A stretch of DNA of 64,000 nt from an uncultured Clostridium sp. (GCA_900552555.1 URZW01000007.1:1580-65579); one strand, 5' to 3'. Counted from the first letter of the stretch, positions 8,997 through 18,447 are shown. A program made the numbers and translations. The notes: generated by a model from the letters alone, not told the origin.

Positions 8997-9818
8997 ATGG
9001 AAAAAATAAAAGACATTACAAAATTAAGTGAAATAGCAAAAAATATCAGAAAAGGAATTATTGAATCAGTATATAGTGGACAATCAGGCCATCCAGGAGG
9101 ATCACTTTCAATTGCAGACATAATGACAGTATTATATTTTTATGAAATGAACATTGACCCCCAAAATACAAAAGATGAAAATAGAGATAGACTTGTACTA
9201 TCAAAAGGACATTGTGCACCTGCATTATATTCGACATTAGCAAATAGAGGATATTTTGATGTTGAAGAATTAACAACATTAAGAAATATAGAAAGTAGAT
9301 TACAAGGTCATCCAGACATGAACAAAGTACCAGGTGTTGATATGACTACAGGCTCATTAGGTCAAGGGCTATCTGTTGCAAATGGTATGGCAATAGCTGG
9401 AAAATTGGATAATAAAGATTATAGAGTATATTGCATAATGGGTGATGGAGAAATAGAAGAAGGTCAAGTTTGGGAGGCTGCAATGGCTTCAAACAAATAC
9501 AAATTAGATAATTTGTGTGTTATTGTTGACAATAATAATTTACAAATTGATGGTACAATTGAAGAGGTTATGAGTTCATATCCAATTGATGAAAAGTTTA
9601 AAAGCTTTGGATTTCAAGTTATAAATATTGATGGTCATAATCTTCAGGAAATTATTGATGCTTTTGATGTTGCAAGAAATGTAAAAGGTAAACCTGTTTG
9701 TATTATTGCTAAAACTACAAAGGGAAAAGGTGTTTCTTTTATGGAAAATAAAGCAGAATGGCATGGAAAAGCACCAAATGAAGAGCAATATCTTCAAGCA
9801 ATGAAAGAATTGTCTTGA
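8997..9818 (+). CDS. Transketolase, N-terminal (TPP-binding) subunit
   Basis: GHPGGSLS and GDGEIEEGQVWEA motifs are present. At 273 aa it matches the split-type N-terminal subunit. No C-terminal subunit gene follows. Confidence 0.85.
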   Translation: MEKIKDITKLSEIAKNIRKGIIESVYSGQSGHPGGSLSIADIMTVLYFYEMNIDPQNTKDENRDRLVLSKGHCAPALYSTLANRGYFDVEELTTLRNIESRLQGHPDMNKVPGVDMTTGSLGQGLSVANGMAIAGKLDNKDYRVYCIMGDGEIEEGQVWEAAMASNKYKLDNLCVIVDNNNLQIDGTIEEVMSSYPIDEKFKSFGFQVINIDGHNLQEIIDAFDVARNVKGKPVCIIAKTTKGKGVSFMENKAEWHGKAPNEEQYLQAMKELS

Positions 9819-9959
9819 TTTTTTGGCTTTTTTGAAGTATAATTTAAAACATAAAAATAAAAGGTTCTTGAACTGTAACAACAAAAGTGCAGATTAGAAA
9901 ACATTTGTTTTTGAAAAATATTGATTATTAAATTATAAAAAGAGAAAGAGGGAAAATAA

Positions 9960-11723
9960 ATGAAAGCAATAGAAATAAGAAATAAATACCTAAATTTTTT
10001 TAAAGAACATGGACACGCTGTAATACCATCAGCACCATTAATACCAGAAAATGACCCATCAGTACTATTTACAACTGCAGGAATGCAACCATTAGTACCA
10101 TATTTATTAGGGGAAAAACATCCATCAGGAACAAGACTTACAGATTACCAAAAATGCTTAAGAACAAATGACATAGAAGAAGTAGGAGATAACAGACATT
10201 TAACATATTTTGAGATGTTAGGAAACTGGTCATTAGGAGATTACTTTAAAGAAGAATCAATTCAAATGAGTTTTGATTTCTTAACAAAAGAATTACAAAT
10301 TCCAGTAGAAAAATTATCTGTAACAGTATTTGCAGGGGATGACGATTGCCCAAAGGACGAAGTAGCAGCAGAATGCTGGAAAAAAGCAGGAATTTTAGAT
10401 GGACATATCTATTATTATGGAAAAGACGATAACTGGTGGATAGCTGGAGAAGAAGGACCATGTGGACCAGACACAGAAATGTTCTATGATACAGGAAAAC
10501 CAGCATGTGGACCGGACTGTCAACCTTCATGTGACTGTGGTAAATATGTTGAAATATGGAACAATGTATTTATGGAATATTTCAAAAGCAAAGATGGAAA
10601 ATATTCAAAATTAGCTCAAAGAAATGTTGATACAGGACTTGGACTAGAAAGAATGACAATGTTGTTACAAGGAAAAGAAACACCATTTGATACAGAATTA
10701 TTCAAACCAGTAATGGACAGACTATCAGAATTACAAAAAGTTGATAACATAGAAAGTAGAAGAATCATAGCAGAACACTTACGTTCAAGTATGATGGTAA
10801 TTAGTGATGGTGGAAGACCAAGCAATGTTGACAGAGGATATATTTTAAGAAGATTAATTCGTAGAATGGTAAGACATATGAACAAACTACAAATAAATCT
10901 AGATGAAATATCAACACTAATAGATATCAATGTTGAAAACTTAAAAGAAATGTATCCAGACTTAGCAAAAAATCAAGAATTAATAAAAAATGTAATAATT
11001 GAAGAAAAAAATAAATTTGTAAAAACACTTGCACATGGTGAAAAAGAATTCGAAAAAGAAATGAATAAAGCTAAAGAACAAGGAAAAACTAAAATAGATG
11101 GAAAAGTAGTATTTAAACTATATGACACATATGGATTTCCACCAGAAGTTACAAGTGAATTAGCACAAGAAAACAATATGACTGTTGATATGAAAGAATT
11201 TGACGAATTATTTAAAGTACATCAAGAAAAGTCAAGAATGGGTTCAGAACAAAAATTTAAAGGTGGACTAGCAGAACAAAATGACACAACAATCGCATAT
11301 CATACAGCAACACATTTATTAAATGCAGCACTTAAAGTAGTTTTAGGACCAGAAACACATCAAAGAGGTTCAAACATTACAATAGATAGAATGAGATTTG
11401 ACTTCAACTGTGACCACAAAATGACATACGAAGAAAAGAAACAAACAGAAGATTTAGTAAACAAATGGATTCAAGACGCTTTACCTGTAACAGTAGAAAA
11501 AATGAAAAAAGAAGATGCTGTTAAATCAGGTGCAGAATGTATGTTTATTGAAAAATATCCAGATGTTGTAACTGTTTACACAATAGGAGATGTTTCAAAA
11601 GAACTTTGCGGTGGACCTCATGTTAAAAACACAAGTGAACTTGGAAAATTCAAGATCAAAAAAGAAGAAGCAAGTTCAGCAGGAGTTAGAAGAATAAAAG
11701 CAATTTTGGAAAAAGGGATTTAG
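9960..11723 (+). CDS. alaS: Alanine--tRNA ligase, short form lacking the C-Ala domain
   Basis: Contains FTTAGMQP, GNWSLGDYFK and the editing-domain motifs HTATHLLNAALK and CGGPHV. The ORF ends 6 aa after RRIKAIL, and its stop codon lies inside a REP unit. Confidence 0.85.
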   Translation: MKAIEIRNKYLNFFKEHGHAVIPSAPLIPENDPSVLFTTAGMQPLVPYLLGEKHPSGTRLTDYQKCLRTNDIEEVGDNRHLTYFEMLGNWSLGDYFKEESIQMSFDFLTKELQIPVEKLSVTVFAGDDDCPKDEVAAECWKKAGILDGHIYYYGKDDNWWIAGEEGPCGPDTEMFYDTGKPACGPDCQPSCDCGKYVEIWNNVFMEYFKSKDGKYSKLAQRNVDTGLGLERMTMLLQGKETPFDTELFKPVMDRLSELQKVDNIESRRIIAEHLRSSMMVISDGGRPSNVDRGYILRRLIRRMVRHMNKLQINLDEISTLIDINVENLKEMYPDLAKNQELIKNVIIEEKNKFVKTLAHGEKEFEKEMNKAKEQGKTKIDGKVVFKLYDTYGFPPEVTSELAQENNMTVDMKEFDELFKVHQEKSRMGSEQKFKGGLAEQNDTTIAYHTATHLLNAALKVVLGPETHQRGSNITIDRMRFDFNCDHKMTYEEKKQTEDLVNKWIQDALPVTVEKMKKEDAVKSGAECMFIEKYPDVVTVYTIGDVSKELCGGPHVKNTSELGKFKIKKEEASSAGVRRIKAILEKGI

Positions 11724-11854
11724 GGACGTTCCTGAAAATCCCTTTTTCAGGGGAATGGGGGACACTCCTTTTTGATTATGAATAGTTTTAAATTTAAAAA
11801 GGACTGTCCCCTTATCCCAATTTGAAGGGAATTTAAGGAACGTCCCTAAATCCC
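11715..11854. repeat. REP family B inverted doublet (REPIN-like)
   Basis: GGGATTTAGGGACGTTCCTGAAAATCCC...GGGGGACACTCC (11715..11768) is paired with its inverted partner GGACTGTCCCC...AAGGAACGTCCCTAAATCCC (11801..11854). The spacer is 32 nt. Confidence 0.85.
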
Positions 11855-11879
11855 TCTTCGAGAGAAAGGAAAGATAAAA

Positions 11880-12224
11880 ATGGAAGATTGTTTATTTTGT
11901 AAAATTATAAAAGGTGAAATTCCTTCAACAAAAGTATATGAAGATGATGAAATATTAGCATTCAATGATATAAATCCAGCAGCTCCAATTCATATATTGG
12001 TAATTCCTAAAAAACATATAACTTCATTAGCACATATGGAAAAAGAAGATGAAGTAATTGTTGGAAAAATATATGGTGTTATAAATAAAATAGCGGAAGA
12101 AAAAGGTTTTAAGGAAAGTGGATATAGAGTTATTGTTAATTGTGGAAAAGATGCTGGACAAGAAGTTATGCATTTACATTTTCATGTTTTAGCAGGTGCT
12201 AAATTTGGAGATAAAATTGTGTAA
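11880..12224 (+). CDS. HIT-family (histidine triad) nucleotide hydrolase
   Basis: The HLHFHVL triad motif is present. Length is 114 aa. Confidence 0.9.
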   Translation: MEDCLFCKIIKGEIPSTKVYEDDEILAFNDINPAAPIHILVIPKKHITSLAHMEKEDEVIVGKIYGVINKIAEEKGFKESGYRVIVNCGKDAGQEVMHLHFHVLAGAKFGDKIV

Positions 12225-12244
12225 ATGGTGTTTTAAAAAATTAT

Positions 12245-12277
12245 AAAAAAATATCACTATTTAGTGATATTTTTTTG
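12245..12277. terminator. Bidirectional terminator
   Basis: AAAAAAATATCAC-TATTTA-GTGATATTTTTTT. Confidence 0.75.
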
Positions 12278-12293
12278 ACTAAATGAAGATGCT

Positions 12294-13589
12294 TTAATTT
12301 ATAACAATATTTTTAAAATCTAAATTAGCAAAAGAAGTTTTCTCAAAAGCAAGAGAATAAACATCAGTTGCAAAAGTATCTTTGTTAAACATATTTTGTA
12401 AATCAATATCAGAATTATTGTCAATAAACTTTTTAACTGAAGTAATTAATGCAAGTTCTGGGTGATTTTTTGCGATTTTTGAAACTATTTTTTTACCATT
12501 ATCATTAAATCCAAGAATTCTAATATATGGTTTTTCTATTTTTTTTGAAAGTTGCATATCTTCTTTAGAAATATTAAGTAAAGTATACAAAAGAATTCTT
12601 TGTAATCTAGTTATAGTATATCTTTTAGACTTGACAATATCTAAAAAATTATTAAGAGTGTTACAAGAATTAGCAGCTTTTTTTATAGAAAATTCTAATC
12701 CTTCTGAAACATCAGGAAGATTAGCAATTTCTTCAATATTCATTTTCCTTAAATTATAAATGATTTCTTTTTCAAAGCAATTTAAATCAGGGACGATGGT
12801 ACCATTAGTTAAACAATTAATTAAAATAGAATAAGATTTTTCAGGAATAACAGATTTAATTGCATTAAAATCTTTATTTTTAACAATTTTTCGAATGGCA
12901 GTTGCACTTGCAAAATTTTGAAGATTACCATTTGAAGTTGGGTTATTACTTTTTGACAAATCTGTACTATTATAATTTGTCGCAAATCTATTAATACAAA
13001 CAGGTTGTATTGAGCTATTATATTTTTTTAAAGCTTTTAAGTATTCAATACCTAAAATATTATTAGGTGAAGACAAAGCTTTTTTATATTCTTCAAAATC
13101 TAATTTATCATTTTTTAAGAGATTATCATTTTTTATATAACCAAGTAGAGCGTTTTCACGAGCTTTAGGAAAAGATAATCCTTTATTTAACTCATCAGAT
13201 AATAAATTTTTATATTTATTTGGTTCATTATATAAAATATTAGCAATATTTTCTAAAATCTTAATATTTGAAGTTTCCGAACCAAATGATAAATAATCGA
13301 TAACTCCCAAAGAATTTAAAATTTTGACTGCTCCATCTGCAAAATTTTCGGCACTTGAAATGGAATATAAAACAGGAAGTTCTATAACTAAATCAATTCC
13401 ATTTTGTATGGCCATTTTAGTTTTTGACCATTTATCTATAATTGATGTTGAACCACGTTGAGTGAAATTACCACTAATTATAGCAACTGAAAAATCACAA
13501 TTGGTTAATTTTTTTGATGTTTCTAAATGATATAAGTGTCCATTATGAAATGGATTATATTCGGCAATTATTCCTAAAATTTTACTCAA
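12294..13589 (-). CDS. tmcAL: tRNA(Met) cytidine acetate ligase TmcAL / UPF0348 nucleotidyltransferase
   Basis: The N-terminal IIAEYNPFHNGHLYH (HIGH-like) motif and the 431-aa architecture resemble B. subtilis YlbM. Confidence 0.75.
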   Translation of the reverse strand: MSKILGIIAEYNPFHNGHLYHLETSKKLTNCDFSVAIISGNFTQRGSTSIIDKWSKTKMAIQNGIDLVIELPVLYSISSAENFADGAVKILNSLGVIDYLSFGSETSNIKILENIANILYNEPNKYKNLLSDELNKGLSFPKARENALLGYIKNDNLLKNDKLDFEEYKKALSSPNNILGIEYLKALKKYNSSIQPVCINRFATNYNSTDLSKSNNPTSNGNLQNFASATAIRKIVKNKDFNAIKSVIPEKSYSILINCLTNGTIVPDLNCFEKEIIYNLRKMNIEEIANLPDVSEGLEFSIKKAANSCNTLNNFLDIVKSKRYTITRLQRILLYTLLNISKEDMQLSKKIEKPYIRILGFNDNGKKIVSKIAKNHPELALITSVKKFIDNNSDIDLQNMFNKDTFATDVYSLAFEKTSFANLDFKNIVIN

Positions 13590-13707
13590 TTAAAACGCCT
13601 TCTTTCTAAACTTTTTTATATTATCAAAATTCTATAAATACTTGTTAAATTAAAACTATATTGATATAATAACATAAAAAAAGAGAAAAGACAAGGAAGT
13701 GTTAATT

Positions 13708-14142
13708 ATGGAAAAGGTAGTTATATATACAGATGGAGCATGTTCGGGAAATCCAGGCCCAGGAGGTTGGGGTGCAATATTAATGTATAAAGGAACAAAA
13801 AAAGAAATATCAGGAGCAAAAAATAATACAACAAATAATGTAATGGAACTTACAGCTGCATTAGAAGGGCTAAAAATGTTGAAGTTTCCATGTGAAGTCG
13901 AGTTGTATAGTGATAGTGCATATTTAGTAAATGGATTTTTACAAGGATGGATTTATAATTGGCAAAGAAATAATTGGAAGACATCTAATAAGGAGCCGGT
14001 TAAAAATAAGGAAATATGGCAAGAACTTTATAAGATGACACAGATACATGAAGTTAAATTTATCAAAGTTAAAGGTCATGCTGATAATGATTTTAATAAT
14101 AGATGTGATGAACTTGCACGTAATGCAATAAAAACATTGTAA
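13708..14142 (+). CDS. rnhA: Ribonuclease HI
   Basis: YTDGACSGNPGPGGWGAIL and the C-terminal HADNDFNNRCDELA motif are present. ATG 13708 is preferred over the upstream GTG. Confidence 0.9.
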   Translation: MEKVVIYTDGACSGNPGPGGWGAILMYKGTKKEISGAKNNTTNNVMELTAALEGLKMLKFPCEVELYSDSAYLVNGFLQGWIYNWQRNNWKTSNKEPVKNKEIWQELYKMTQIHEVKFIKVKGHADNDFNNRCDELARNAIKTL

Positions 14143-14350
14143 TTTACGCACCAATTATTTATATGAACTGAAAACTTTAACAACAAAATATTACATTTGT
14201 ATTACATTTTAAAATAATATTGCAAAAAATTAGGCTTTAATTTATAATAAAATTGGATATAGTTTATACATATGAGATAAGGGGAAAATAATTACAATTT
14301 TGACTATGTCAAATTTTATTGTTTATGCCTTGAGAAAGGATGAGATTAAA

Positions 14351-14914
14351 ATGGAAACATTTGCAGAATACCTTTTAAATGAAAAAGATTTAGTAAGTAA
14401 AATGGACATTTTATACAGATTACAAAAGATGTTAAGAGAAAGAAAAAATATATCAATATACTTTAATAATGCAGTAATATTTAAAACAGAAATAGCAAGA
14501 ATGTTTTTAGAATACACAGACATGGGAAAAGAAGTAGATGAAAACTTAGTGCTAACAGCATGCCTAGTATGCAACTGCAAAAAAATAGATGGACCACAAA
14601 GTTTAGAAAGTTTATATAGTTACGCAAAAAAAGGAGCAGAATTTTTATCAACATTAGGATTTAATAGGAGATTTTGCAAAATCTGTGAAGAAGTTAATAG
14701 ATATAGTGGAAGTACTCCAAGAGAACCAGAAAGTGATATACTAGAATTAATAGATAATTTTGGAGGTTTATTACTCGATAGACCAGAAAGATTTGGTTTT
14801 TCACCAGAAAATGCTATTATACAAATGGAAACAGCTATATTTAAAGATAAGAAAAATCAATATTTTAAAGAATTTAAAGATTTTGTGGAATTTATGCAGG
14901 AGGTTGAAGTATAA
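14351..14914 (+). CDS. Hypothetical protein
   Basis: ATG 14351 has an AAGGA RBS. The upstream TTG start used by the track has none. I recognise no family. Confidence 0.5.
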   Translation: METFAEYLLNEKDLVSKMDILYRLQKMLRERKNISIYFNNAVIFKTEIARMFLEYTDMGKEVDENLVLTACLVCNCKKIDGPQSLESLYSYAKKGAEFLSTLGFNRRFCKICEEVNRYSGSTPREPESDILELIDNFGGLLLDRPERFGFSPENAIIQMETAIFKDKKNQYFKEFKDFVEFMQEVEV

Positions 14915-15204
14915 TGGATGCAAAAGAAAAAAATAAAAGTGTAAAAATGAAAGCTTTTGATAAATTAAAAAAAATTAATGATAAATGTTCAACAGTCAAA
15001 ATAATTAGAAGCGGAGTACTAAAAAATTTTGAATTTAATACTAACAAAGAAGTAAGAAAACATGAAATAAAAGAAGAAATGTTAAATTTAAGTGAAACTA
15101 ATAATTCAATGTTTGGAAAAGACGTTCTAGATGAATATGGCATAAAAAGAGAAGAAAATGGAGAATATGTAATGAATAATCAACCAAATGAAAAAGAAAG
15201 ATAG
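14914..15204 (+). CDS. Hypothetical Lys/Glu-rich protein (96 aa)
   Basis: A TAATG stop/start overlap with the upstream gene suggests translational coupling. The stop TAG shares its last base with a REP C unit. Confidence 0.5.
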   Translation: MDAKEKNKSVKMKAFDKLKKINDKCSTVKIIRSGVLKNFEFNTNKEVRKHEIKEEMLNLSETNNSMFGKDVLDEYGIKREENGEYVMNNQPNEKER

Positions 15205-15234
15205 TTGTCAATAGGGACGCCCCTTTTTGACAAC
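15204..15234 (+). repeat. REP family C singlet
   Basis: GTTGTCAATAGGGACGCCCCTTTTTGACAAC has an 8-bp stem and a 15-nt loop. Confidence 0.85.
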
Positions 15235-15280
15235 TTCAATTTTGTAAAATGTATAATAAAGAAAGAAGAGGAACAAAGAT

Positions 15281-16468
15281 ATGTATGAAGTATTTGCAGA
15301 TTTACATGTACACATAGGAAGATCAGAAAATGGAAAACCAATAAAAATAACAGCAGCAAGAAGCCTAAATTTTGCAAACATTGCAAAAGAATGTGCAGAA
15401 AGAAAAGGAATAAACATAGTAGGAATAATAGATTGTGCATCACCATATGTTATTGAAGATATTGAAAACTTTTTAAGAACAGGAGATGCATATGAACTAA
15501 AAAACGGAGGAATTATATATAAAGATAAGGTTTGCATTCTTTTAGGAAGTGAAGTAGAAACATCAGAAAAAGGAAGAAACGGAAAATGTGGTGCAGCACA
15601 TAATGTATGTTTTTTTCCACATTTAGAAGATATAAAAGCATTTTCAAACGAAATGAGTAAGCATATTAAAAATATAACGTTAAGCACACAAAGATCAGAT
15701 ATATCAGGATATGAGTTAATTGATATAGTTGAAAAATATAATGGGATTTTAATACCAGCACATATATTTACACCATTCAAAAGCTATTATGGAAATTGTA
15801 CAGATAGATTAGAAAACATATTTAAGGAAAAATATGATAAAATATTTGCTGTTGAATTAGGATTAAGTTCAGATACATTTTTAGCAGATGAAATATCAGA
15901 ACTAGAAAATAAGACATTTGTAACAAATTCTGATGCTCATTCGTTGCCTAAAATTGCAAGAGAATACAACAAAATGCAAGTAGAGGATATATCATTTAAA
16001 GAAGTTGTTAAAGCTTTGAAAAATGAAGATGGAAGAAAAATAATTGCAAACTACGGATTAGACCCTAAACTTGGAAAATATCATAGAACTTTTTGTGATA
16101 ATTGTAATAAAACTATTGAAACAAAGGAACCAGTTGAGGTATGTCCATATTGTGGAAGTAACAAGGTTACTTTTGGTGTTTTTGATAGAATTGAATTAAT
16201 CAAAGATAAAAAAGAAATTAAGAGCCCGGAAAATAGACCACCATATATTTATCAAGTTCCTCTTGGATTTATCCCAGGTGTTGGCGGAAAAACTATTGAA
16301 AAGTTATTAGATAATTTTGAAACTGAAATGAATATATTACATAGATTATCAAAAGACGATATAGAAGCGGTTGTTGGAGAAAAAGTCGCAAACTCTATTG
16401 AAAAAGCTAGAACTGGAAATGCAAAAGTGCAATCTGGTGGTGGCGGAAATTACGGAAAGATTTTGTAA
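15281..16468 (+). CDS. Endonuclease Q-like PHP-domain nuclease
   Basis: The N-terminal ADLHVHIGRS (PHP) motif, the zinc ribbon CDNC..(14)..CPYC and a C-terminal helical tail are present. Confidence 0.7.
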   Translation: MYEVFADLHVHIGRSENGKPIKITAARSLNFANIAKECAERKGINIVGIIDCASPYVIEDIENFLRTGDAYELKNGGIIYKDKVCILLGSEVETSEKGRNGKCGAAHNVCFFPHLEDIKAFSNEMSKHIKNITLSTQRSDISGYELIDIVEKYNGILIPAHIFTPFKSYYGNCTDRLENIFKEKYDKIFAVELGLSSDTFLADEISELENKTFVTNSDAHSLPKIAREYNKMQVEDISFKEVVKALKNEDGRKIIANYGLDPKLGKYHRTFCDNCNKTIETKEPVEVCPYCGSNKVTFGVFDRIELIKDKKEIKSPENRPPYIYQVPLGFIPGVGGKTIEKLLDNFETEMNILHRLSKDDIEAVVGEKVANSIEKARTGNAKVQSGGGGNYGKIL

Positions 16469-16480
16469 AATATTAATAGT

Positions 16481-16547
16481 TCTAAAAATCTCTTTATCGA
16501 ATACACATTATGTATAAAAGTGTAAAACGATAAGGAGATTTTTAGAT
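16481..16547 (+). promoter_or_regulatory. 19-bp stem-loop occluding the spoIIM RBS and start codon
   Basis: TCTAAAAATCTCTTTATCG (16481..16499) pairs with CGATAAGGAGATTTTTAGA (16529..16547). The second arm contains the GGAG RBS and the first two bases of the ATG. Confidence 0.55.
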
Positions 16548-17184
16548 GAAAAGAAACAAACGATTAAAAATTTTAGAAACAATAAGTAACCATATAATAA
16601 ACAACAAAAAAGAATACATATTAGTAACACTAATATTTTTGGTAGGAATATTTTTAGGAGTAATGTTCATAAACAACACACAAGAAGAACAAATGACAGA
16701 AATAACATCATACTTAAACAATTTTAAAGACAAATTAAAAAACACAGAAAAATTAGAAACAATGGGCATATTAAAAACAACCATTTTACAAAATATAACA
16801 TTAGCACTAACATTATGGTTTTTTGGAACAACAGTAATAGGAATACCAATTGTTTTTGGAATAATATTATATAGAGGATTTTGTTTAGGATATTCAATAG
16901 CATCGATAATTACAATAATGGGTGTCGGCAAAGGAATTATATTTGTTCTGATAACTCTATTATTACAAAATATATTATTTATACCAGCAATAATAGCAAT
17001 TGGAGTAAGTGGATTTAAATTATATAAATCGATAGTAAAAGACAGAAATAAAGATAACATAAAAGTAGAAATTTTAAGACACACAATATTTTCAGCATTA
17101 ATGTTAATAGTTTTATGTATATCTGCAATCATAGAAATTTTGATTTCAACTAACATTTTAAAAAAATTTGTAAAATATTTTTGA
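16546..17184 (+). CDS. spoIIM: Stage II sporulation protein M
   Basis: A 212-aa multi-TM protein with SpoIIM-like topology. It lies next to xerD, as in many Clostridia. Confidence 0.75.
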   Translation: MKRNKRLKILETISNHIINNKKEYILVTLIFLVGIFLGVMFINNTQEEQMTEITSYLNNFKDKLKNTEKLETMGILKTTILQNITLALTLWFFGTTVIGIPIVFGIILYRGFCLGYSIASIITIMGVGKGIIFVLITLLLQNILFIPAIIAIGVSGFKLYKSIVKDRNKDNIKVEILRHTIFSALMLIVLCISAIIEILISTNILKKFVKYF

Positions 17185-17271
17185 AAAATGTATTTACTTT
17201 TTTTAAATAGTTTGATATAACATATAAAGAATTTATGTAAATAGAAAATTTTGATATAGGGGTAGGGAAAA

Positions 17272-18153
17272 ATGGAAAAACAATTAAAACTTTTTTTTGA
17301 ATTTTTAGAAAATGATAAAAAATTATCAAACAACACATTACAATCATACAAAAGAGATTTAAAACAATTCAGAAGATACATAGAAGGATGCGAAGTAGCA
17401 TATACAAAAGTAGACGAAGAAGTAATGCAAAACTACATTGAATATTTAGAAGAATTAGGAAAAAAACCTTCAACTATTTCAAGATGTATAGCATCAATAA
17501 GATCTTTTTATCAATATGTATTAAAAAAAGGAAAAGTAAAAAAAGACCCAACAAAAAATATACAATCTCCAAAAGTGGAAAAAAGAACACCATGTGTCTT
17601 AACATCTAAGGAAGTTGAATTATTACTAGAACAACCAAAAGATATTGATTTAAAAGGAATAAGAGATAAGGCAATGCTTGAATTTGCATATGCAACAGGA
17701 ATGAGAGTTACAGAGATAATATCATTAGACATAGATGATATAAACTTTACAGAAGGATATGTAAATTGTAGAAAAGCAAATAAACAAAGAATAATACCAC
17801 TTGGAAAAATGTCTTTAAAAGCATTAAAAGAATATACAGACCATGCAAGAGAAATATTACTTAAAGATGATAATGAAAAAGCATTATTTGTAAATGTTAA
17901 TGGACAAAGATTAACAAGACAAGGATTCTGGAAAATTATAAAATATTATAAAGAACAAGCTCATATAACAAAAGATATAACACCACATGTTTTAAGACAT
18001 TCTTTTGCAACACATTTATTACAAAATGGAGCAGATTTAAAAGCAATTCAAACAATGCTTGGACATTCAGATATTTCTTCAACACAAGTATATATGCAAT
18101 TTCAAGATGAAGGATTAAAAGATATTTATCAAAAAGCTCATCCAAGAGCTTAA
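17272..18153 (+). CDS. xerD: Tyrosine recombinase XerD
   Basis: The C-terminal LRHSFATHLLQNGADLKAIQTMLGHSDISSTQVY matches the R-H-R-Y catalytic box. Confidence 0.9.
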   Translation: MEKQLKLFFEFLENDKKLSNNTLQSYKRDLKQFRRYIEGCEVAYTKVDEEVMQNYIEYLEELGKKPSTISRCIASIRSFYQYVLKKGKVKKDPTKNIQSPKVEKRTPCVLTSKEVELLLEQPKDIDLKGIRDKAMLEFAYATGMRVTEIISLDIDDINFTEGYVNCRKANKQRIIPLGKMSLKALKEYTDHAREILLKDDNEKALFVNVNGQRLTRQGFWKIIKYYKEQAHITKDITPHVLRHSFATHLLQNGADLKAIQTMLGHSDISSTQVYMQFQDEGLKDIYQKAHPRA

Positions 18154-18166
18154 TTTGAGATTCAGA

Positions 18167-18220
18167 GGGATTGAGGGACGTTCCTTAAAATCCCTTTTTT
18201 GAGGGATTAGGTGACACTCC
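18167..18220 (+). repeat. REP family B singlet
   Basis: GGGATTGAGGGACGTTCCTTAAAATCCCTTTTTTGAGGGATTAGGTGACACTCC. Confidence 0.85.
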
Positions 18221-18264
18221 TTGAAAATTTCAATAAAAAGATTAAAAAAAAAGATGTAAATTTC

Positions 18265-18292
18265 TTGACAAATGGGAAATTTATGGTATAAT
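18265..18292 (+). promoter_or_regulatory. Sigma-A type promoter of the infC operon
   Basis: TTGACA (18265..18270), a 16-nt spacer, then TATAAT (18287..18292). Confidence 0.7.
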
Positions 18293-18432
18293 AATTTATG
18301 GTTACAAGAAGAAGCAATAACTTCTCACCTTAGCAAATAAGCAAAAGGTTAGAAAATAAATAAAATTTTAAAGTGAAACTTTAAATTTATTTTGTGTATT
18401 GATTGACTTGTAACAAAAGTCAATTTTTTTTA
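18293..18432 (+). promoter_or_regulatory. infC-rpmI-rplT leader with intrinsic terminator (L20-leader-like attenuator)
   Basis: Contains hairpins ACCTT..AAGGT and AAATTTTAAAGT-GAA-ACTTTAAATTT. The terminator TTGACTT-GTAACAA-AAGTCAA plus T8 lies just before the infC RBS. Its position matches the Firmicute L20 leader. Confidence 0.5.
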
Positions 18433-18447
18433 TGGAGGTGTTTTAAC

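Noticed and set aside
9819-9959. A T-box leader upstream of alaS.
   Set aside because: The 141-nt gap is too short. I see no specifier-loop or T-box sequence and no terminator/antiterminator pair.
12785-12800. AGGGACGATGG inside tmcAL as a REP core.
   Set aside because: It is an isolated heptamer within a conserved coding region, and no flanking stem is present.
16542-17381. A 279-aa ORF antisense to spoIIM and the xerD start. Similar long antisense ORFs occur at 15208..15780, 2709..3155, 22345..22782 and 25481..25897.
   Set aside because: The compositions are typical of antisense read-through of A-ending codons (rich in Leu, Phe, Ile and Ser). None has an RBS, and each fully overlaps a well-supported conserved gene. 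I treat them as frame artefacts.
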